DNA of 62,282 nt, counting the filler. It is 6 parts of 6 records of this genome, joined end to end, with 100 filler letters (N's around TTAATTAATTAA, not from the genome) between each part and the next. Parts side by side here need not be neighbours in the genome. Positions count along the whole stretch, not along the records: positions 29,662 to 42,442 come from SRR31147125_44599; positions 42,543 to 48,525 come from SRR31147125_44707; 4 more parts are not named here. The stretch is one strand, 5' to 3'. Positions 34,109-42,544 of the stretch are shown here, piece by piece. The notes below the pieces were generated by a model that searched no databases, was not told the DNA's origin, and saw only the letters and a list, made by a program, of their open reading frames with translations. The position numbers were made by a program, and so were the translations under genes. Numbering within the stretch: the first letter of the stretch is position 1; each line of letters starts with the position of its first letter.

Positions 34109-34713
34109 TATGAGTCCGGAGCGCTTTCCCTGAGCATGACCTGGTAGACCGCCCCGGTGGTCGGTTCCTGAATCTCCTTGATGCTCCGGTACCCGAAGCG
34201 CTCGTAAAAGGACACGTTTCTCGGGGTGAAGGTCTCCAGGTAGGTCGAAACCTGCAGACAGTCGGTCTCCTCGAGAACCTGTTCCAGCAGCTCCGCCCCC
34301 AGCCCTTTTCCCTGGTATGCGGGCAGGATGCCGATGATCGACAGGTACCAGGCGTCACCGGTCACCACCTCCCCGGTGGCCTGTGCCATGAAGGCGACAA
34401 TTGCCCGGTACGTATCGAGGCTGGAGTGCCCCATGTGCTGTTCGAGGAACTGCTCTTTGTCGTGATCTTTCTGTTTCTGCAGATTATCCGCGAGCGGTTT
34501 TGACCAGACCGATACGCCATGGGCATGACTTTCGGGGAGGACCATCTTCCCGAACTGCCCGGCCTCCCTGATCGAGTAATCAAGATAGCGGATCATCGCC
34601 TCTTTCGGCGAACCGTTGTCGACGGACTGTTCCATAGTCGTGTAAAAGGCGTCTACCTGGAGCGCCTCGTAGAGGGCCTCCGCATGGGATCGATAAGCAA
34701 ATTTGTAATGCAT
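34108..34713 (-). CDS. GNAT family N-acetyltransferase (start uncertain)
   Basis: WYLSIIGILPAYQGKGLG, YLET..RNVSFYERFGY. Confidence 0.88.
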   Translation of the reverse strand: MHYKFAYRSHAEALYEALQVDAFYTTMEQSVDNGSPKEAMIRYLDYSIREAGQFGKMVLPESHAHGVSVWSKPLADNLQKQKDHDKEQFLEQHMGHSSLDTYRAIVAFMAQATGEVVTGDAWYLSIIGILPAYQGKGLGAELLEQVLEETDCLQVSTYLETFTPRNVSFYERFGYRSIKEIQEPTTGAVYQVMLRESAPDS

Positions 34714-35020
34714 GTGATAGTGTCGTGGGTAGTGTCGTGGGTATATGGGGACCACTTCTCCTTTTTCTAAATGCTGCAAATGTAAGGCAGACGAACTGGG
34801 TGTGCAAATGTTTTCCTGGATATGTCAGGTCATGTCAAAGTAATTGCGCAGCTATACCTGTGCGTGTACAGTGATGCTGGTTTTCGATGCCTTGAATAGA
34901 ACCCGCAGCTCGTCCGTATCCGAAGAAGAGGTGAGATCGATCTATTGATCATCTGTCGAGTTGTCGGGACGAGCGAGAGGATGCGGTGAACAATCCAACA
35001 CAGCAACAGTATCTCATCAC

Positions 35021-35353
35021 ATGAAACTCAACGATCCATTCGGCCGCATGGAGCGGCGGCACCAGGTAGGGTATGAGGCGGTCCGGGACTCTCTGCAGCG
35101 CACCGGCATCGATACGGAGGAGGCCGCGCGGAAGGTTATCGGGGATACCGGAAAACGGGCATTGATATTCATCGCCGTTGCGGTGGCGCTGACGGCTCTC
35201 ACGAAGCTGTTGTTTCCCGCAGCGCTGCTGCTCGTCTCAGCCTTCTGCCTGCTGCTGTCAGCGTGGGTGATCAGCTGGACGATAAACGGCAGACGCTACG
35301 TCGAACGCTATATACGGGAAGAAATCAACACCCCGCAGCAGCCCGACGACTGA
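35021..35353 (+). CDS. Small membrane protein with two TM helices
   Basis: Two hydrophobic segments; intact ORF. Confidence 0.6.
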   Translation: MKLNDPFGRMERRHQVGYEAVRDSLQRTGIDTEEAARKVIGDTGKRALIFIAVAVALTALTKLLFPAALLLVSAFCLLLSAWVISWTINGRRYVERYIREEINTPQQPDD

Positions 35354-35370
35354 TGGGGCGGTCCCGAGCC

Positions 35371-35733
35371 TTATTTGAGTGATTTTACGAGGCGCGGCGC
35401 CCAGAAAATCTGGCCCGCAGTCTCGTATTCCTCAACCAACTGTTCCCCGGTCCATTTGCGGACCTGATCCAGGTATCCCCGTCTCATCACTTTAAAGGTT
35501 ACAGTCGTGTCGTCGTTGAGTGAGGATGAGTCGATCATGGTCACTCCCTGATACGGCGTGACGCCGAGGTAGATCCATGGGGCGTCCTGATCGTCATTGA
35601 CGCGGTAGACGATATGGGAACCCTCAGGGTCGGTGTGGACCTTGAGGTTTATGGCTTCTTTGGAAGCACAGGACGTGAGCAGGATCGCTGATGCGAGACA
35701 GATCGTGTACAGCAGACGTTTCATGGAGGACAT
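35371..35733 (-). CDS. PEGA-like lipoprotein
   Basis: Lipobox LTSC; VHTDPEGS...YLGVTP...RRGY. Confidence 0.7.
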   Translation of the reverse strand: MSSMKRLLYTICLASAILLTSCASKEAINLKVHTDPEGSHIVYRVNDDQDAPWIYLGVTPYQGVTMIDSSSLNDDTTVTFKVMRRGYLDQVRKWTGEQLVEEYETAGQIFWAPRLVKSLK

Positions 35734-35753
35734 GACTCCCTCTTCCGGTATGG

Positions 35754-36077
35754 TTATTCTTGTTCAAGCTCTTTGTATACATCAATTGAGTTGGCTCGCG
35801 CGGCATCCTCGCTCTCATGCCGCTTGTTTACCCAGAACGACGTAATCGATGAGTGGTACCCGTTCTTGTGCAGCTGGATGGTCACCTTTTCTGAGCCATC
35901 GCCGCTCCACACGACCTGGGCCGGAGTCCTGCCGAGGTTGGTGTTGTCCTTGATATTGATAATATCCGCGCCTTCCGGATCGGAGTTGATATCGGCGGCC
36001 CCGTAATGGGTACCGCCCGAGCATCCCGTAACGAACAGAAATGCTGCGCAGGAGAGGGTATAGAGCGTTTGTTTCAT
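35754..36077 (-). CDS. PEGA-like lipoprotein
   Basis: Lipobox VTGC; INSDPEGA...LGRTP...KNGY. Confidence 0.72.
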   Translation of the reverse strand: MKQTLYTLSCAAFLFVTGCSGGTHYGAADINSDPEGADIINIKDNTNLGRTPAQVVWSGDGSEKVTIQLHKNGYHSSITSFWVNKRHESEDAARANSIDVYKELEQE

Positions 36078-36394
36078 GAGCGTGATCCGGTTTTCAGTAT
36101 GCATGTTTATCACAGATTGAGTGGTATGATCGGGGGTAAAATTCTCGTTAGCTCTACCTGCTTTTCCCTGATACGTCAACCGTTACCTGTCAGAAAATGA
36201 GCGGATTCCTGTGCAGACCGTTCATGGGATATCTGGTGCAAAGGTTCAGTTGCCCCGTAGCGTGCTTCGGTGTCTGAATTCATTCGCTTTATGTGAATAC
36301 GTTGACTCGTCAGGTCCGAGTATTTAATGCTATTGTTAGCCGGAGCAATTCAGCTCCGAATTTCACTAATGATTATATCCATATGGGGTGATAA

Positions 36395-36640
36395 ATGAAG
36401 AGAGCAAAAAAGGCGTTTGCCGGGGCGCTGATCGCGGGAGCGGCACTTATTGCCGTGAACCCGGTTCTTGCCGCGGATAAACCGAATATCCTGGTTATCT
36501 GGGGTGATGATGTCGGCATGTATAACATCAGCGCCTACCACAAGGGTATGATGGGGGGGAAACCCCGAATATCGACCGAATCGCCGATGAGGGTGCGCTC
36601 CCTGGCTGACACTTCAGACGCTATTGCCGGATCATGGTGA
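36395..36640 (+). pseudogene. Arylsulfatase N-terminal fragment
   Basis: Signal + [24 protein letters not shown], then frameshifted [13 protein letters not shown]; homology ends near 36600, before the CxxxR motif. Confidence 0.85.
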
Positions 36641-36906
36641 GCCATTTATCGTGTTTGAATGAGTAGTATTTTTCTCTTGTGTTGGCATTTTTAAGAAATT
36701 TCAGAGATCATAAAATTGGGAAGGAAGGTCTCTTTCAATTAGTGCATTTGATGTACCGAGTAATGGCTGTAAGATCAGAGAGACTGTTTGAATCGGCAAT
36801 GGCCCTCGCTTTTCGATGGGTAGTGATGATTGTTTGATCCTCACAGTGATGTCTGGTATGTTTACTATGTGGTAGTGTGGCTCGAACGTTTTCCTGTGAT
36901 GTGGAG

Positions 36907-37281
36907 ATGGAACTGAAACCTGGTTGTGTCATAACTGTTGAAGGCCCGGTAATGAAGATTACCTATTCATATCTGCCGAGCCTGGACGATTGTATTCTCG
37001 GACTGGATGTAACTGCCGAAAAGTATCCTTCGAGATTACGAATGTGGGTCTTCGCTGAAGGGTTGAAACTGGACACAGAAGAGATCAAGGCAATGTCTGC
37101 GCATGCCCGGTCACTGTTCTCATATCCGTCAAAGCTGGCAATCGTCTCTCCCACTGATCTCGGGTACGGGTATGCACGGATGTACGAAGTCTACCGGGGA
37201 CAGGATTTTATTGAGTTAATGGTTTTCAGATCGGAAGAAGAAGCTGAGACATGGCTTTTGCAGGGAGTTGCTCCGGTTTAA
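36907..37281 (+). CDS. STAS/SEC14 (SpoIIAA-like) domain protein
   Basis: KLAIVSPTDLGYGYARMYE...VFRSEEEAETWL. Confidence 0.7.
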   Translation: MELKPGCVITVEGPVMKITYSYLPSLDDCILGLDVTAEKYPSRLRMWVFAEGLKLDTEEIKAMSAHARSLFSYPSKLAIVSPTDLGYGYARMYEVYRGQDFIELMVFRSEEEAETWLLQGVAPV

Positions 37282-37321
37282 AAGAGGACATGAATTTCAA
37301 CTGATTGCCGGTGATAGGGGA

Positions 37322-37714
37322 ATGGACTTAATACCAGGGTGTGAGATTTCTGAAGAAAAGCCTATTCTGAAGATCAGATTCTCCAATCCGCCCAGTTCCG
37401 AGGAATATATTCATTGTCTGGATGTAGTGGCTGAGAAGTATCTGGTCAGCGGGGACTATTATTATTCGCTGCGGATGTGGGTATTTGCGGAAGGGGTAAA
37501 CTGGAGCACAAAAGAGCTGCAAGAGGTTGCCGCTCATGTCAAGTCCCTCGATTTATCACAGTCCAGGGTTGCACTGGTATCCAGTGATGATCTGGGATTC
37601 GGCCTGGCACGTATCTATGAAGTCCTCCGCGAACAGCAACACATCGAGACTATGGTGTGCAGGTCGGAAGATGAAGCCCAGAAGTGGTTGCTGGAAGGGG
37701 ACGTGCCGGCTTAG
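37322..37714 (+). CDS. STAS/SEC14 (SpoIIAA-like) domain protein, paralog of the upstream gene
   Basis: RVALVSSDDLGFGLARIYE...CRSEDEAQKWL. Confidence 0.7.
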   Translation: MDLIPGCEISEEKPILKIRFSNPPSSEEYIHCLDVVAEKYLVSGDYYYSLRMWVFAEGVNWSTKELQEVAAHVKSLDLSQSRVALVSSDDLGFGLARIYEVLREQQHIETMVCRSEDEAQKWLLEGDVPA

Positions 37715-37741
37715 AACTGTCGGGCAACGCTGTGCAATTAC

Positions 37742-37818
37742 TGGCGCGCCCGGAGGGATTCGAACCCCCGACACCCAGGTTCGAAGCCTGGTGCTCTATC
37801 CAGCTGAGCTACGGGCAC
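37742..37818 (-). tRNA. tRNA-Arg (anticodon UCG)
   Basis: GTGCCCGTAGCTCAGCTGGATAGAGCA-CCAGG CT TCG AA CCTGG-...GGTTCGAATCC...GCGCGCCA, 77 nt with encoded CCA. Confidence 0.97.
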
Positions 37819-37978
37819 GCGGTTACGGAACGGCTTATATACCAAGGGATTGCGGGGATGTCAAGGTGAGCCGGTGAAATGGTGAAGTCTGCGCTCCCCC
37901 CATTGTCCCTTCCCATATGAATTGGTCGTTTCTTCAGAGTGAGGTCGTAATCCTTGCTTTGGTATTGTGGTTTGGGAG

Positions 37979-39001
37979 TTATTCAGATCCTTTTGCGGGA
38001 TCGTTTTCCACTATTTTGCCGGTCTGGAGATTATCCCTTGTTCGTGCTGCAACCGGGGTGTCACGCTCGTTCACCAAGAGTTGAAACACATCTGGTCTTG
38101 CGTAGTGTCCTACCACGTCAAAATCATACTTACCCCTCGCTATTTCAGCCATATCAAGGTCGGCCATGAGGATGGTTTCACTTCCAAAGTGAGGTTCAAC
38201 CAGAAATTCGCCAAAGGGATCAACGATACAACTGCCACCACGTGAAATTACTTCATCAGGATCATTCGACGGGCATACGTCTACTGGATAATCTTTTGCT
38301 TTCACAAATTGATTGCATGCGAGCACAAAACAGCGACCTTCCGTCGCAATATGGCGCATACTGGCATGCCAGGAATCCCGAAAATCAGCGGTAGGGGCAC
38401 AATAAAGTTGAATTCCTTTACTGTACATAGCCATTCTCAATAGTGGCATGTAATTCTCCCAGCAAATTACTGACCCGAGTTTTCCAAGTGCAGTATCGTA
38501 AACAGGTAAAGTGGAACCATTGCCATACCCCCATACAAGCCTTTCAGAGGCTGTAGGCATTAATTTCCGATGCTTTCCAAGATATCCATCCGGAGAGAAA
38601 AAGAGTACTGTGCAATAGAGCGTTCCACCGTCACGCTCGATAACACCTATGACAAGATGCACTTTATGGCTCTGCGCCGTTTTTTCCAGTTTATCAACTT
38701 CGGGCCCAGGTACGTCTATAGAGCTTTCCCAATATCGACGAAACATTTCTCTTCCCTCATCGGTACGTGAACCAATTACCGCACCGAAATCCATGCCTCT
38801 GGGATAGCCTGAGATAAACGCTTCCGGAAAGACAATAAGTTCTGCGCCTTGAGCAAAAGCGTCCGCAGCTAGCTGTATGGTCTTTTCAAGTGACCCGTCT
38901 CGATCAAAAAATATTGAAGATGCTTGAACAACCGCTGCCCTGACAGAATCTTTAACTATTGGCATGTGTCTCTCCACTGGAATCTGGCTTCCTTCGTTCA
39001 A
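37979..39001 (-). CDS. Nitrilase (carbon-nitrogen hydrolase family)
   Basis: E-K-C triad: FPEAF, KHRKLMPT, ICWENYMP; DVVGHYARPDVF. Confidence 0.92.
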   Translation of the reverse strand: MNEGSQIPVERHMPIVKDSVRAAVVQASSIFFDRDGSLEKTIQLAADAFAQGAELIVFPEAFISGYPRGMDFGAVIGSRTDEGREMFRRYWESSIDVPGPEVDKLEKTAQSHKVHLVIGVIERDGGTLYCTVLFFSPDGYLGKHRKLMPTASERLVWGYGNGSTLPVYDTALGKLGSVICWENYMPLLRMAMYSKGIQLYCAPTADFRDSWHASMRHIATEGRCFVLACNQFVKAKDYPVDVCPSNDPDEVISRGGSCIVDPFGEFLVEPHFGSETILMADLDMAEIARGKYDFDVVGHYARPDVFQLLVNERDTPVAARTRDNLQTGKIVENDPAKGSE

Positions 39002-39067
39002 TTTCTAAGAAGAATCGATGGAATCATTAGTATATGCCTGGTGATTGCCCCTGGTAACAGGAATTTT

Positions 39068-40221
39068 TTATACAGAGCTAAACCGCTCAATCGTGTCCAT
39101 TCTCACCTCGATACCCAAACCCGGCCCACCGGGTATTGCAACCATCCCATCTTGTAATTCAATTGGTTTGGTAATGAGTTCCCGGCGAAATGGATGAGAA
39201 GAGCAATCGTATTCAAGGATAGGCTCTCGAGCAAATACCGAAGCATGCGGTATTGGTAAATTCGCCATTACCTGCAAAGAGGCCGCCTGCGCGACGGCAC
39301 TCCCCCATACGTGGGGATTAACATCCACGCCGCCTGCATGAGCGATTGCGGCAATGTCTCTTAATGCGGTGATGCCTCCGCAGGATCCGACGTCAGGCTG
39401 TGCTACATCGATTGCTCCCGCTTTAATGAGTTGATAAAAGCCGAAGGATGTATGTTCATTTTCTCCTCCGGCGATTGGCACCCGCAACTTGTTTCGCATC
39501 TCAACATAGCCTTCAATATCTTCCGGAGCTACAGGCTCTTCAAACCACCTGAGGTTTAGAGGCTCAAGTTCCTTGCCCAGGGCCAGGGCTTCGGATCGAC
39601 CGTAGGCATGGTTGGTGTCGACCATCAGTTCAACATTTTCATCACGTAACGCATCATGAATTGCATGGATGACAGCAATATCGTCAGTAATTCCAAAACC
39701 CAGCTTTACTTTCATGGCTTTAAACCCGGCCTCCTTGTGACGCAGGGCTTCTTCTACCAACCGATTTTTTTCATCTTTTCCATAAACACGATAAAATCCA
39801 GTAGCATAGGGCTGTAGATGTGTCCGAAAAGCTCCACCAAGCAATTGATAAACTGGAAGCGAATAATAATGACCTGCAAGGTCCCACAAAGCGATATCAA
39901 CTGCACTGATAGCAGAAACTACAGACCCCTTGCGACCGTAATCGCGAGTTTTGCTGTACATTTTATGCCACAACACCGATGGTTTTAGCGGGTCCTCACC
40001 AATCAGCATCGGTTTAAGAGCATGCTTAATGGCAGCTGCAGCAATTTCCGGCGGTTCCAAACCCTGAGCGAAGGCCTCCCCCAGCCTGCACTACCGTCAC
40101 TACTGGTGACTCTAACCAATGTGGCGGAACGCTGAGAAACCCAACCTTGTGAAAAAGCAAATGGAGTATCAAGTTGGTTTTTTAAAACAAAGATATCGAC
40201 ATCTGTGATAATCACAAGCAC
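39068..40221 (-). CDS. Mandelate racemase/muconate lactonizing enzyme family protein, frameshift at C5 40078-40082
   Basis: AISAVDIALWDL, KAMKVKLG, MVDTN, WFEEP, GGENE; N-terminal GWGEAFAQG restored by +1 G. Confidence 0.9.
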
Positions 40222-40488
40222 ACCTTCCCAATTTAGGACAAGACAATCTTATTAGTTGAATTTCACTATACTCTAACTGTTTCATCATGGACACTCCTAC
40301 CACCGAATCTGTCGTTAATCAAGGTTGGTAATATTCTGGTTTGACGGGATGTTGTACGTTCTTTGGGACTAATTTTATCTCGGAGTGTCTCTTGATTTTT
40401 ATCCTGTTTTCTCCTCTCATTCTGCAATATGAAACCGGTCTGTTTGACTCTGTCCACGGGATGAGTTTTGTATAGTTGATCGATTAAA

Positions 40489-40527
40489 TTTCCAGGGAAC
40501 CTTGAATTATTCAAGGTTCCCTGGAAA
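40489..40527. repeat. Perfect 19-bp inverted repeat with 1-nt spacer
   Basis: TTTCCAGGGAACCTTGAAT-T-ATTCAAGGTTCCCTGGAAA. Confidence 0.95.
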
Positions 40528-40689
40528 ATGGTGAAGATTGCCGATACATATGGTAACAGACTACCTCTTTAATGTGATTAATATAACAATTCATTCAATT
40601 CCTATTTATCAGGAGTCTCTATTGAGTCCCTCTGGGCAAACCGTTCCCTCTAATCACCGTTCGGGCACTGTCCTGCATTTGACGGTGAT

Positions 40690-41580
40690 ATGGCGCTGTG
40701 GACTGAAGTGAGTGTTAAACCCAGGGAAAATCGGACAGCGAGCGGTGTGCTGGTCATGGCGCTGGCAGTCGTATGCTTCACTTGTATCGATACCTCTGCT
40801 AAATGGCTGACAATCGCAGGTTTCCCGGTCTCCCAGATTGTCTTTGCCCGCTATGCCGGGCACCTGATTTACACATTAGCCCTTTATCTGCCTCAGGAAG
40901 GGCTCGTGATGTTCAAGTCCAATTCTCCGGGAAAGCAATTTCTTCGGTCTTCCTGCCTTTTAATCGGGACGTTTCTGAATTTTCAGGCACTCAAATATTT
41001 GCCGATAACGGTGACGACAACGATCATGTTCGCCGGTCCTATCGTGATCACCTTGCTAGCGGTTCCGTTGCTGAATGAAAAAGTTGGCATCCGCAGGGTA
41101 GTGGCAGTCTGTACTGGTTTTCTTGGAGTTCTGGTGGTCATCCAACCATGGGGAACAGCCTTCCACCCTGCGATGTTTTTCAGCCTGGCGACACTCATAT
41201 TGTCTTCCTTGTACTTCATTATGACCCGAATGCTGGCAGGAATTGAAAGTAATGCGACCCAGCAGATATGGTCCGCCACGCTGGCGACAATCGTCCTGTC
41301 GCCATTTGCGTTGCACGTATGGGTTTGGCCCGAAACCCCGGGACAATGGTTTGTGCTGTGTGCGATCGGCTGTTTTGGCGCTTTGGGGCATATAGCGGTA
41401 ACCACTGCGCATAGATGGGCGGCCGCATCCATTCTTGCACCGCTGATTTACTCTCAGGTCTTCTGGGCGGCGTTGGCCGGAATTCTGGTTTTTGGCACTT
41501 TCCCAACGGTATGGACGCTGGGAGGCGGTGCCATAATCATCACGTCCGGCCTCTATATCTGGCAGCGAGGAAACCGTTAA
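40690..41580 (+). CDS. DMT/EamA family transporter
   Basis: About 10 TM helices; QIVFARY, LLNEKVGIRR, ASILAPLIYSQ. Confidence 0.9.
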   Translation: MALWTEVSVKPRENRTASGVLVMALAVVCFTCIDTSAKWLTIAGFPVSQIVFARYAGHLIYTLALYLPQEGLVMFKSNSPGKQFLRSSCLLIGTFLNFQALKYLPITVTTTIMFAGPIVITLLAVPLLNEKVGIRRVVAVCTGFLGVLVVIQPWGTAFHPAMFFSLATLILSSLYFIMTRMLAGIESNATQQIWSATLATIVLSPFALHVWVWPETPGQWFVLCAIGCFGALGHIAVTTAHRWAAASILAPLIYSQVFWAALAGILVFGTFPTVWTLGGGAIIITSGLYIWQRGNR

Positions 41581-41970
41581 CCTGAACATTTCGTAGAAAA
41601 AATATTTAAAAACATAAAATATCACATAGTTGGATACTGTTTATGCGGTTGTGACAAGGTGACAACTTGCACTTTTAGAATCAATGATAAAAAAACAGAA
41701 TTTCCATCCGTGAAATATCCAGGTTAAGAGGAAAAGGCTCTGGCTCAATGACGGTTCCTGTGTATCCAGGAATAGCCTTCAAAGTTGATTCCAGCAGGTA
41801 CCAGCAGATACGCCCGCATTATCCAGGGCAAGCTCCCAAAGTTCCATTCGCTGCATTGTTCCATTTACTAGTTAGGTACTTGTGTCTACCTTTTACTCAC
41901 TCGTAAGCGCATGGTTCCTGCCACATAGATTTAGTTATTTTGGTCAATACATAGCTCAGTGAGGTGACAA

Positions 41971-42403
41971 ATGGCTGTAAAACAATTGAGAGGCGGTGAA
42001 TATCTGCTTGTGGATATGCCATGTGAACGTGTGTTTACGCCCGAGGGAGTGCTCCATTTCAAAAGTGTTTTGCAGTGAAGTCCTGGACAGAACGGTTGAT
42101 GAGGTTCTGCAGATTCACGGGGGGTATGGGTACGTCAGCGACTACCCGGCAGAACGTTATTATCGGGATGCCAGGATACATAGGATCGTGGAAGGCACCA
42201 ATGAAATTTACCGCCTCCCTATTCCCGGAATAATCCTGCGCAAGGCCGAAAAAGGTGAATTGCCGCTTCATTCTGAAGCAATGAAGGCCTTTGAATCGCT
42301 GATGACACCAGGTTTTGACGAGATTGACGAGTCCGTTCCGTTTGCAGCCAAACGATTACTCACCGATGCCTCTTGTGAGGAAGAAAAGTATCTGTTCCGT
42401 TAG
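41971..42403 (+). pseudogene. Acyl-CoA dehydrogenase remnant with internal deletions
   Basis: MAVKQLRGGEYLL...VFTPE joined out of frame to ECSISKVFCSE...QIHGGYGY...YRDARI.RIVEGTNEI. Confidence 0.85.
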
Positions 42404-42442
42404 GACTCTCATCGGGGACAGAATGATTTTCGCATAACCCGC

Positions 42443-42542
42443 NNNNNNNNNNNNNNNNNNNNNNNNNNNNNNNNNNNNNNNNNNNNTTAATTAATTAANN
42501 NNNNNNNNNNNNNNNNNNNNNNNNNNNNNNNNNNNNNNNNNN
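42443..42542. other. Artificial contig linker
   Basis: N44-TTAATTAATTAA-N44. Confidence 0.99.
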
Positions 42543-42544
42543 CT

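Noticed and set aside
34718-34743. 12-bp tandem duplication (YPRH x2) at the GNAT 5' end
   Set aside because: Real but only two copies; most likely a neutral slippage event.
40630-40690. c-di-GMP-I riboswitch suggested by GGGCAAACC
   Set aside because: Lacks the GAAA tetraloop stem and the downstream GCAAAGC/P2 elements.
41706-41728. CCGTGAAATATCCAGGTTAA resembling an IS/MITE terminus
   Set aside because: No partner repeat or transposase in the contig; unsupported from this sequence alone.
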